Assembly (NCBI GenBank): GCA_020137815.1
Contig: CM035355.1
Coordinates: forward strand, 2,666,001-2,730,000
Direction: 5' to 3'
DNA length: 64,000 nucleotides
Source: Hormiphora californensis
Lineage: Eukaryota > Animalia > Ctenophora
The notes under the pieces were generated by a model. The model was not told where the DNA came from and ran no database searches. It saw only the letters and a list, made by a program, of their open reading frames with translations. Positions within the stretch are counted from its first letter, which is position 1. Each line of letters starts with the position of its first letter. Positions 26,845 through 39,280 of the stretch are shown piece by piece. A program made the translations under genes and the position numbers.

Positions 26845-27333
26845 TAATAGGCCAGGCATATATGACGTCGGGGTAGTACATGCGTCATGCGAGTGCTGAG
26901 TTATGTGTAAAGTAAAACACGGTATATATTTCCTTAACAATACATGACAGAAAGTTGTATACAACTCATACAAGGTCTAGACCCCAGAATATCCAGATAT
27001 TATAAACAAACACTTGCACTCTCGCTTCAACCCTCACCGATACACAACTAGATATCTCTCTCACACACTCTCTCTATCCCTCTACTCTCTCACATACAAT
27101 TAAAAACTGACGGAATATAATTTTAGAGAAAATCTCTCGCAGCTATCCCAATTTTCCAAATCATTTTATCTCCAGGATTTATCCATTCTAAACAAAGAAT
27201 ATTCAAATATATCACATTTAGCGAAGCAAAATATATATATATATTGACCCAAGTCCAGGAACACGAGGAAATCCAATCCGCTATTCATTCGATCCTTTAA
27301 GAAGATGAGTGCATTTCTTTTCCATATATCCCC

Positions 27334-27485
27334 GGAATGGGGCGCCTGGCATGTTTCTCCTAAGGAGCTCCTAGGAATGGGGCGCCTGGCATGTTTCTCC
27401 TAAGGAGCTCCTAGGAATAGGGCGCCTGGTATGTTTCTCCTAAGGAGCTCCTAGGAATGGGGCGCCTGGCATGTTTCTCCTAGGA
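27334..27485. repeat. 40-bp minisatellite (~3.8 copies) in the SLC35D 3' UTR
   Basis: ggaatggggcgcctggcatgtttctcctaaggagctccta repeated at 27334, 27374, 27414, 27454. Confidence 0.9.
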
Positions 27486-27512
27486 GTGGGGTGTGGGAAG
27501 TGATCTGACTGA

Positions 27513-30041
27513 TCATGCGATTGAGGTTGCACCCTGTTTCTTCTTCACTGCACTAGGACTATCTCGGCCTGTAAACGTCACATAGCTGTACACTACTCCA
27601 CCAAAGGCGCTTATTGTTATACCTAAAGGGGTGGAGGAGGTGTTATTGGGTCGGTGGTCTAATAATAATATCCCCCAAGAGTGGCATGGTTTCAGGAGAG
27701 AGATAGAGGGATTTCACCCTCTCTCAGGAGAGAGATACAAATGGGGTGACAATTCCCACGTTTACTGAGACAGTTGTAGTGAATGTGTTAATATAGATAG
27801 ACTCCCCCCTCCCTCTCAGGAGAGAAGGACTTCCCCATCCCCTCCCTTACCGGTGAAGTTGACCCAACTGAAGATGTAGTCTCCTCCGTACCACATTCCA
27901 AAGTATGTCATGACAGTGTTCTTGAGGACTCCCACAACGTTCTGAGTTAGAGCTCCACACACTGAAACACACGCATAGTGAGAACAATTTGTTAGAAAAT
28001 TTGTCACACTATTTGTATTGTCAGACACCAAGACAAAACATGTCTGTCTACATAATGGCGGGGTTGCGGGAGATCGAAGAAAAAAGGAAGAGAGAGCTCT
28101 CAATATATATTCCTCTGTAACATATTAGTAGAAGGCAGCTAGTACACACTACACAGTATATTGCACACTACACAAACCTGTGGTACAAAGGATGGAACTG
28201 TAAATGAGGATAAACCCTAACATGTTGCAGGCAAAGAACTCGAAACAGAACCACGGGTCCGACCAACCCTCAAAATCTGATACCTGCGCATGAAGATGTG
28301 TTATTTAGTTGTGTTAGTTAGTAAAGTTGTGTAAGTTATGTAAGTCAAGATTAAAATTCCATCCTCAAAAATCAGGGTACTGATGAAAACACCCGTCCCC
28401 AATTATGTTGTTTTTCACTTACGGTGTCCCCAGAAGCGAGGAATATGAGTATAGCAAGGGGGAGTGATACAATAGAGTTGTAGTACATCATCCCCAATCT
28501 ACCGAGTGACTGAAAACAGTGGGAATTGAAATGAGCGGTTAGGGGTTGGAACAAATAAACATTTACTGGCATTTAAAACTGTACAACCGACTCTGTTTCG
28601 TTCAAACTGGGACGCGGTGAGAGAGGGTCGAGCAAGGCAGCCCAACTCCTAACAACACGATATCTACCTTGTTATCATCTATCTTTTTGATGTAGATGGA
28701 ATATGCTGCCGTTAGAGCATCGTTCGTTAGGATTAGGAAATATCCTGACAACTCAAATGCTAGATCACCTCTGCAAATAATATGTTTATTTTGGTTATCA
28801 TGCATGCCGATTGCCGAGTTGGTATTTTCGAGTTTCATGGAGTCGCCGATGCCAAGTCCCTTACCACCCAAGTATAGAATTTGTTATACCCATTCTAGGA
28901 TTGGTTTAAAAACTTCTACTTCCGTTACTTACAATGAGGCAACGATGACTCCAAATATCATTGCGAACACAGTTACCATAGTTAACACTGAAAACCGCTT
29001 CCTGAAATACGGATTCACCATCATTATTCGCTCTGATTGAAAGTTCTATTTGAGAGATTGGAAGAAGAAACAGACCCGGTGATGCACTGTCTGGCGACAC
29101 CGACCCGATCTGAGCATGCTAAAAATCAAAATTGGGTCTGGCACCATCAGAAAGGCGCTGCACAATTGACTCTAGTTGTTGCCACCAGACAGGGCACAAG
29201 TAGTGCTACATATATTGACTCACTGTAAAATGACTATTTCCCCAATCATGACGAACAGAACTGTGAATCTTCGTAATACAGTGAACATAGCGATACTGAA
29301 ACAACAGGGGTTAGTGTTAGAAATAGAGATAGCTGCTAGGTAGAAATAATTCCGTCCCATCCTATTATTGGAGAGATTTAACACCCCACAAGTACACCCC
29401 ACCTCACGGCCCACATATCTCTGTGTACCCATATAATCTACCTAACCGAGGCTCTGAGTGCTGCCTACTGCCCACTCGTTACCTGAGACTCTGGGTGCTA
29501 CCCACTGCCCACTAGTTACCTGAGACTCTGAGTGCTGCCCACTGCCCACTATTTACCTGAGGCTCTGAGTGCTGCCCAATCCCACCATCATATTCAGCAT
29601 GTATAGAATGGGGAGGGGCATAACCTTCCGTACATTGGTAATAGACAGGTCCGGGAAACTGACCAACTTTCCAAACTTGAGAAGTTGTATCACAATGACT
29701 GTTACTGTTAGCTGCACCACTGATAGGAATTTAACACTTGGGAAACTGAAGAGGGGGGAGTTTAGTATTTATTAGGAAGTAAGGTAGAAGGTCAAAAATT
29801 TCTTCGCAATATTTGGGGACGATTATAGGGTCACCTATGACCCCGGAATGTTCTGCGTACTAGCTCGTCTTTTAGCAAAGCAACTAACTTTTTTGCTTTC
29901 CAGTGTGAAAACTTAATAATAAACTTACGCGTAGATTGACAGGACACTCTTATTGACTGTTATAATTAGGACCGATGTCAGGGCATAGGCAAGAGCACAT
30001 CCTATCCACTTTAACCCGCTTCCCACACCATCCTTCACCAT
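27513..30041 (-). CDS. SLC35D: SLC35D-family UDP-sugar transporter (multi-exon)
   Basis: Exon peptides YALTSVLIITVNKSVLS, AMFTVLRRFTVLFVM, GDLAFELSGY..ND, GMMYYNS, ALTQNVVGVLKN..TYFGM..GGDYIFSWVNF.G.TISAFGGVVYSY; stop TGA at 27513. Confidence 0.88.
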
Positions 30042-30782
30042 CTTGCTATAAACAGTGGTATTATGAGTGGTTTTGTTCCGGAGGCACGGTGAAACAGGGT
30101 CGAGCAAGGCAAGTTATAAGTTGATGTGGTGGTAGATTCGGGGGGGGGGGGGGAGTAGAAATTGGGTCACGCAGAGAGCTGAAGTGGGTCGAACAAGGCA
30201 AGGGGGAGTAACAAAACAGGGAGTTAACAAAATTTTATCAAACACAAAACAATCTGAAACAACACTGAAAAAAGCACAAAATAATTTGTCTTGCACACAA
30301 TTATAAAAAAAAACATTAAAAACATGAATAACAAGAATAACTGCATTATGTTTCGTAATGCTATGTTTCCCCGCCAACCTTTATTTTCGTAACCATCTAA
30401 TGTGAAGGCGGGACAGAAATTTCCGATCATTTATGAATCACTCAAACCGTATAGAATTTTTTGTGTTTTAGTAGCACTAAATTGCGTGCCACAATGCGCG
30501 GCTCACATTTCTTGAAAACGTGCCATTGAAATATTTGATGAAGGAGCAACACCGTTGTCCCCCGCAACTGAGCGTGTTACAGCCAGTTTTGTGACCGTGA
30601 CACCTCACTAGTATGTAAACTTGTCGAATTCTAAACCCCTATGCCTTTTTACAAAAGGCATCCGGGTGAATGCCTTCGGCATTCACCCGGGCGGGGAAAA
30701 AATGAACTGGAATCAGATGGAGAAAGTGTTAAATTCCTGATTAAATATGTTTACACGCTACACAAAAACCCAGATGATTGGC

Positions 30783-31462
30783 TCACTGATATAACTGGTT
30801 GTAACCACCTCTGCTTGGCTTGGCAGTAAAGACAAAACAAGCCGTGATCAGTTCGAATACCGTGACAGCAACTGGAGAGAGGGGAGAGATATTATTATAG
30901 TATATTGGGTAAGACGTGTGGTTATAGTACACACTACTGACTACTGACTACATATCATATATTGGGTAGTGTGCACTACACAAAGTATAGAGAGTATATA
31001 GAGTATACAGTGTGTGTTCACAGCTTGCTTGTGATTGTGCAATAAAAGAAAGTTAGTTCTGAGTTCTAAGAAACAAAATGTTAAAAACACGAATCATGTT
31101 TCAGTTTATGCATGAAACAGCACTGAATAGCAGTTGGTTACGAAGTCATGAGCTATATTAACGGAGGGGTATTACCAAGAATAGCAGTGCTTATAAGACG
31201 AATCACAGACGTACGTAATCAAACAATAATTTGTTTTGTCTGGGCCAATCTTTAAACATTTAAAAACACCGAATTCAAGCCGCAGGACTAGGAAGTAGGA
31301 ACTAAAAGCGCCTAACAACAATTACACACCGAATTTTCAAGGAACTAATAGTAGCGGTTCGAATAATATAATACACATGTAGCTCACACACATCCTACCT
31401 GCTGCAACAATAGGTCCAGTACACTGAGAGAGAACCTTACTGGAGATAGCCCCGTAACAACT

Positions 31463-31552
<90 letters not shown>

Positions 31553-32652
31553 TGGGAGAGGGAGAGAGAGAGAGAGAGAGAGAGAGAATATAAACGAGGG
31601 AAGGTATACACATTAATGAGCACACACATAAGCTTGGGTACCACATTGAGACACTGCATTGTACATGTATAAAGGGTAACACCAATGTATGTAGTTATTA
31701 AAGCGATTATTCAATCTTCCTCACTACCAGGAAATAGTTAAGACGTGTGATCATTGAGCTCACAAATTGCACCCGTATGTGTGATCATTGACCTCACAAA
31801 TTGCATATCTACCCATGTTTATAAGCTCTATCCTGGTCACAGCCCGTGGGACTCTTGCAGCAGCTGGGAGGAACATCCATCTGTCCATAATCAAGAACAC
31901 CACTAGCTCCACAACACGCCAAACTCCTCTGGATCCCATCAACAAAACCCTGCTCCGCACTTCCTGTCTCATACCCCCAGTAGCTCTGTACTCGATCCTG
32001 GAACTTGGCCGATTGGTCGGAGTGGAGTCGGGCCGAGGTCACAATGACCATGATGAGACCGACTGAAGCGAAAACACCTGCAGAAATAAATGTTGTGCGA
32101 ACAGAAAAACAGAGTGTGTACTAAGTATACTTGTAGGCGGATGCCCTCTGTTCGTCTCTCCGTTCTATACGGTTCAGAACACGGTCGACAATGGAAAAAG
32201 AGCAGTGAGTTAAGATGAGCAGAACGTTGAAAAAAGTCGAAAAAAAGATGAAGAAAAAAGTTGTAAGGAGATATATAACAGGTCACACTCACAGACAATG
32301 GAGAAGAGACCCTTTACAGCGGTGTCTGCACGTTCCTTTGTGTAGAGCATCACAGCAAGATGGGAGAGGAGGATAACTGAAAACAAAAGGTGTGAGAGTT
32401 GAGCAACCATTCATGTGTGTTATGGCGGATTGAATATAAGATCAAACGAAATTAAAATAATATTATTGGCTGGAAATATGTACCTAGGATTAATGCGATA
32501 GTGCAGTAATGGAACGATGTTACACTGCTGTCCACTGAGGCCTCAATTGGGAACCGAAGAAGCATCAAGTAGGGCATATCAGTCATCAGCAGAAAGAACA
32601 GACATGCCGAGCCCATAATAAGGCCGATGGAGAGCCGGTTTTGCATCACCAT
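30783..32652 (-). CDS. Tetraspanin with C-terminal YxxL motif
   Basis: Five exons; large loop IQRSLACCG..DY..PPSCC..C..GC; last exon VAVTVFELITACFVFTAKPSRGGYNQLYQ*. Confidence 0.85.
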
Positions 32653-34294
32653 TCTTGGCTGAAAATAACCGCTTTAATTTTACTGGAAATGAACAAAAAT
32701 CGTTACAATTACGTCTAATTAATAGCTGAAAGTTTTAGCGAGAATTTGGCCATGGGAGATGGGTCAGTGGGCGTCCCCTAGAGATTTTATATGGCTATCT
32801 AAACTGTAACTAAGAAAAGAGTTTGGCAAACGCTGAACTCTGAAGGTATCATAAATTTTCATCCCCTGGCTCGATCCGGCGTTCCCTAAGCCCCAGCCAA
32901 ATTTTAAGTACTTGGACGTAGCAAAAAGTTCTGTCCCGGCTACGACGAACACTGACGAAGCTTCCCGGAACGGTCCCGATCTTTAAAAGACTTCCCATTT
33001 GGTAGAAGTTATCAACAAAAGGACATTCTGTATTTTAGAGACTAGGGGGCCCGAAGAACGTGTTGTAACGGAGACCGGAGTGGAAATCGCGAACGTGTTG
33101 CTAAAATTTAAAAATCGAAGTGAAAATCGCCAAAAAATTCAGGAGAAAAACTAAACGCCGCGTAAAAGATATCTACGAACGCGCCGCGCGGCTCTTGTTG
33201 GCACAGTATTTCAAAATATTGAGCCGACAACCTGATATGAGCGTTAGATTTCGCGTAATTTAATAATTTAATTATGCATAATTATGCAGCGGTAGTACCA
33301 GTAGCAGTACGTTTCCGGGTCACGATCTGATCTGGATCAGATCATTGGTGACATAGACACTTGGCGCGACTCGACCCCCCACCAGGTGTCTATCTATCAG
33401 TATCACCGCGCCGTCAACTTGGTATCACCGCGCCGCCGCGCCGGCAAGGGAGGGGTAACTTCGTTACCAACTGTCTGGCGGCGCCAGACCCCATTTGATT
33501 CTCAAATTGGCGACAGTGCGCTCAGATGGGTCGCGGCGCCAGACAGGTTACCAAGCGATCCGTCAACACAGTCACATGCTGATAGAAGAGCGCGACGTGC
33601 CTTGGATCCATCGCATCCTATTCTCGCTCCGCGAATAATAGGATCCCGGCCCGTTGAGAGCAAGAACTCACGTGCGCGCGATATAAAGCACGTTTTCAGC
33701 AGATCGCGCGTGATAGACCGTTTTTGGAGACCATTTTAGCTGACCTAGCACTACTCAAAGGTCAATTATGGCCTCATTTCGCATCGTGATGAATCGGCGG
33801 GTATTTTCCCATACTCACAAGGCCATGACGATTCCCCCAGTACCCGCAGATTGTCCCAGGACCGAGTACGAGCTTGCAGCCAGGTCTTTAAAGAATTGCT
33901 CATGTTTAGCGTCAATTTTGACCCACTATTCCTCAAATGCTGATACTCGCGGGTATTTTCCGTAAAACTAGAGACAATTATCTGCCAGGAGCAACAAACG
34001 AGATGTAAATCGGTTCAGTAGTTCCTTGCAGCCAGGTCTTTGAAAAAGTTTGCTCTAAAATCAATAACGGACCGGAGGCCTAGATGTGAGATCGATCTCG
34101 GTCGCTGCGCGACCTCGATCTCACTCAGGCATCAATGTGGCCAAGACGTGCCCAAGTTACTATACTGTGCACTGTCAGTGCAAGTGCACATGTCACTGAC
34201 AGTGGCATGGCAGTAACTTGGGCACGCTGTGTCAGGTCAGTGGTCACACTGAGAGTTAGAGTGAAAACGGACAAATGTAGCCGTAGATTGGGAG

Positions 34295-34626
<332 letters not shown>

Positions 34627-35270
34627 AACTCAGTACTCACAGAGAATGATATCAGATACACTTACAGAGACTCTTCATAAATAATGGTAACATAATGCGT
34701 GTATATTCAGCTTCTGAATCACCTGACCATTGTGACCACCTGTTGCCATCATAGCCTTTCTGTGCTTCTTTTTCTCAGTCTCACTAGAGGAACCTACTGA
34801 TCATTGGTTTGTACCTACTGCTCATTGATTTGGTCTATAATTGTTCTATGTTCAAAATGCAGTACGAACTACGAACACTAACAGTGAATTCAGTAAACAT
34901 GCTCGCACTTGTGGCTGTGCAGTGTGCAGTGTGCAGTGTGCACTGCCACAAGTGCGAGTGTTCGGGTTGGTGCCGCCAGACAGCACCAGTACTGCATGTG
35001 GCATGTGTGTTGCTATCTCATTAGAACTGGATCTAGCTAGTATCTAGATCGAGTTCTGCTGAGATACTACTAGATCTAGTCAATGAGAATCAGCTTTGTT
35101 GTGCTTGGGCCTTGTACTTGTACATTAATAACAGTTTTACTGACAGACGACAGACTGGCAATGCAATGACGTGTCCGACATTTTAACGTTAGGACGCTTC
35201 CTTTCTAGTTTCTTACCCACTGCAGCAGTTGTGTATGTATGATATTCATTTATGAAGCCGTGTTATATTA

Positions 35271-35560
35271 GGGGAAACTCTAACTGAATGGCATCCCATT
35301 AATGGGATCCCATCAACAGTAAAACTCTAACTGATAATGGACCACAGTGATGGTTCTTTCTCTGTATTCTCTCTGTGTGCGCGCCCGTGCCCGGGCATGC
35401 CCAATAGTTCTTTCTCTGTATTCTCTCTGTAGGCAGTACATAGATGTACTGCCTACAGAGAGAATACAGAGAAAGAACCATCACTGTGGTCCATTATCAG
35501 TTAGAGTTTTACTGTTGATGGGATCCCATTAATGGGATGCCATTCAGTTAGATTTTCCCC
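35271..35560. mobile_element. 290-bp palindromic MITE flanked by TA
   Basis: TA-GGGGAAA...TTTCCCC-TA; ~105-bp near-perfect arms plus an internal hairpin. Confidence 0.75.
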
Positions 35561-36861
35561 TACTACTAGGAGCTGTAGCCAGTAGCTTATATTCCCTACT
35601 CCCTAGCTTGAGACTGAGAGGTCGCGTTGGATATGAGCGCCGACCAATGAGATGGATTTGGAGGTGGTCATGTGACCCTCAGGTGGGTTCCCTCTCGAAA
35701 AGGGCGCGCCCCCCCCCCTCGTACAGCTCTTTCTCGGGTGAAGACTGGGAACCATAAAATGTGTGTTGTTATGTACTTGATAAAGTCTTCGCAGATCTGA
35801 TATCTATATTCTATATCGCATTGTTGTTGTTATCTGTTTTAGGAACAAACCCTTCCTGTGTGTTTCATGAAGAATACAATCTTTTGAAAAACATCAGTAG
35901 GGTAGCTTCATGGTGGTAGACTTTGATGGGCAAGCAATTCAACTTCAAGAATACTCTGTATAATTGATCGACTGTCAGAGCATTGGCCTGACAGTTGATC
36001 GATGCTGTTAGTGTAATCTTCTTGATAATATTTATTACAAATTCGAGGATCTAATTTATCGAATTTTCTCGTTTTTTAATGGGCAACGGCATGCATGGTG
36101 GTATCAATCGTAAACTTATAGTTAGAGTATAACTTGTAGCGAGGGCGCCCTTGCTATAAGAGGTATTATTGAATCTACCGTGTCTGTTATTAACATGAAC
36201 CCTGACAAGACATGTGTGTGTGAGAGTGTCTTGTGTGTGTTCCGTACCCAACTATATTTCCCAAGCAGGGAGCTGTTTTCCACAGTTCATTACTATCATT
36301 GCATGCTAAAATTGGGTAGATCCATGTTTACCAAATGAACTAGCTCCGTGGGACCAGTCTGAAGGGGGCCAGTAATGAACAATGAATTCATGGGTTATCT
36401 AATTGCAGATGAACTTCATCAGGAAGCTACCGGCCACTGCAGCGAACACAGAGTGTCCCTAAATCGGCCACCATACCTTTCTCTCATTCATACCGGCCAC
36501 TGCACCATACCTTCCTGCTATAATAGCTCTCGTTCTACAATCTACTGCTTGAGTTAGCCAATGACAGCCCTACGTTTGTTTCGATAACCAGCTTTTTGTT
36601 TTGTTTTCCTTGAAGGTCTTTGTCGATTATGTAATGCAGTGTGCCAATTTAGTCCTGATAATATCAGTGATATATGTATATATTTATCCCATCATGTGTT
36701 CTACTCAAAACCCCGATTTGACAACATTGTTACCACACCATATCTCTAGCTGATATATCGTTGTACCAAATTACACAGTGCAATCTGGAATCACAGCAGT
36801 GTCTAAATTGGGGTAGTATGGGCCGACCACCACAATTCCTTGATCAATATCAACTACAAAT

Positions 36862-37293
36862 ATGGACAACCATGATAATGAACCACCGGACCAGCCCCAC
36901 CCTGAACCCCCTCCTCAACCACCTATCATAAACAGACCCGCCCTGATAAATGGTGTCTTTGTGGTCAGTTTAACATGAGATGATTTCTGTACTGCAATTC
37001 AGTTGCCCTAAATTTTGTCGATTCCTTCATAGTTCTTATTCAATTCTTTTCAATCTTTTAATCTTCTCTTTCTGCAGGCGCCAGCAGAGGAAAATTTAGA
37101 AAACGAAAATGATGCGATTTGTAGGATAATAGCTGAAATCCTTGTTGAGTACGCCAGGGCCATTGACCAGGGATTAGAGGAAGAAAATGCAAGAAACAAC
37201 CCTCCCCCTCCTCGACGCGGGGGAGGAAACTTATTTTCCGGGGTGTTGTCTATAATCTACTGGATTATACGGGTCGTATACCGCGTTCAATAG
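36862..37293 (+). CDS. 105-aa proline-rich protein with an amphipathic BH3-like helix and C-terminal tail anchor (2 exons)
   Basis: ATG follows an in-frame stop; exons 36862-36963 and 37078-37293 (phase 0, strong polypyrimidine-CAG acceptor); ends LFSGVLSIIYWIIRVVYRVQ*. Confidence 0.6.
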
Positions 37294-38159
37294 AACATGA
37301 AAAGGATACTTCGCAAAATTATCCGCCTCCGATGACCTAGAAAATTGAAATCCTTGTTTTACAAGTTGTAACTCCTTGAAATAGTCGTTCTACGTGACGC
37401 ATCATCCTCTTAGCTTAGTATTATATTATATCCTGTGACAAATGTAGTGAAATTCTTATAACCTCCGTATGTTATATGTTCAAAATGTTAAAATATTCCA
37501 ATTTATATCGTGACTAGCGTGTCCCACTGTTTCCTAACAGAGCCCCTAAAAAGCTATTTTTGCTTTGCCTTGTTGTCAGCTGTGGGATACGTGGCCAGTT
37601 TTGTTTTTTTCGAGAGATCTGCATCCACATAAGCCAAAAAAGAGGTTATAAGTTTATCACTCAATGCCCTTAATTTTATTTTTCTTATGTCATCTCTTAA
37701 TCGTTTTACTTTCTTTTTTCTTTAAAATTTTAAACTCGTTATTCAATGTAGATTGTTCCTGCAGGAACAAAAATCGCTTTTTAAGATCGTTAGAGTTATT
37801 GATTTATTTTCTTTTGTATGCTACTAACAACATGATTTACTAATATTTGACCCTGATTGACTATGCACGATTTGAGATTGAGTCTATCAATCTAGGAACG
37901 ACAGGTGAACGAGTGTTTTGAGAGCCGTGACAGTGAGATTTGGAGATTATTGGGTCGCTAAAATATGACTAAAACCCTTTATAGTAGTTTAGTTACTAAA
38001 GTGAGTGAGAATTCCGAGACGCTGCTGTGTGTTTGCTCTATGTACGTACTAATAATACTGTGTGTTTCAGACCTTCTAATGTGTCAGTGTGGGTTCATGT
38101 TGAGTGTGAGTTTTTTAAAAAATACTGAAAAGACTTGGTGTACAGGTTGTTCTACCAGC

Positions 38160-38236
38160 CAAGAACCGACCGAATCAGTCACGTGACCTAAATAACGATT
38201 TCTGATTGGTTGTTTACTTGTGTCGGTCGGTTCCTG
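38160..38236. mobile_element. hAT-type MITE (family of 9081-9188)
   Basis: Perfect 8-bp TSD ctaccagc; TIR CAAGAACCGAC/GTCGGTTCCTG. Confidence 0.8.
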
Positions 38237-39280
38237 CTACCAGCGCTGTAGCATATTACTACATCATATTCACAGTGTGCATGTCTTGGATAGGAATTGC
38301 CCATGTATCTTTCTAATTCATGTACACATCGTGTTTATGCCAACAGCTAGGATATGTCGAACAACTTTCCAGTCACCAGGAAAAAAAATATCCAAGCTAT
38401 CACTATATTTATTAATATGTTTATCTCAGTTTAATACTTCCGCCAACTAAAATAAAGATGATATCTCTCTTTAAAAATTAAAACTAACCATTTCTTTTAT
38501 CTTTCTAGGGTTATTTCGTGCTACCAAAAGCGGGTTCTGTGAATTTTGATAGGAATTATGACGTGGTTTTATCGATTATTCTGCAAAACCGATTTTAAAA
38601 AACCCCTTTTACAACCTCAACATCCGAGTTTTGTAGTCTCTCCCCCACCCCGCATACATGCTCCCCTCATTATGTATTCATGTGTTCATTATAATATCAT
38701 CTAACGGCGCCCGGCTGACCCATTGTGTATGATCCTTAGGAAAATGGGGAGCCCTCTGGGTTTTACATTCACAGTAATGAACTAGCCCAGAGGTTATTCA
38801 TTTATTGAGAGAGAGACATGGAGAGGGGTAAAATGAACCTCTCTCTCCCACTGCCGCATGCAAATGTACAAAGCATAGCAGCGCAGCACTCGCATTCTCA
38901 GCATTATAGGGTCATGTGAGCCTTGGGACTGAGTGCTCCAGCTGCGTCATGTACAGCTCTTTTTAGGAGACTTGCCCGGCAGACCATTAGCCTGTAATTG
39001 CCATGAAGCCTCATGAGAATTAGTTTAGTATGATTCATGGTGCTTAGACCGGCCGCGGACCTGTTTGATCTTTATATGCAAAGTTGGAGTGGGGGATTTT
39101 GGGTCGTTCAAAAACAATTGATCCTATATAATAGTAAATTACAAAAACACGTTTCTCTCTCTTACTCAATTGCACATACATACTCTCTCATTTCCTCTCG
39201 CTCGCTTCCTCTTTACTCTGTTTTACCCTCACAATCACTACAAACAAACACAAGTTACACAAAATAGATATATATATATT

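Noticed and set aside
27334-27485. 40-bp partly palindromic repeats as CRISPR
   Set aside because: Head-to-tail tandem copies with no spacers, inside a 3' UTR
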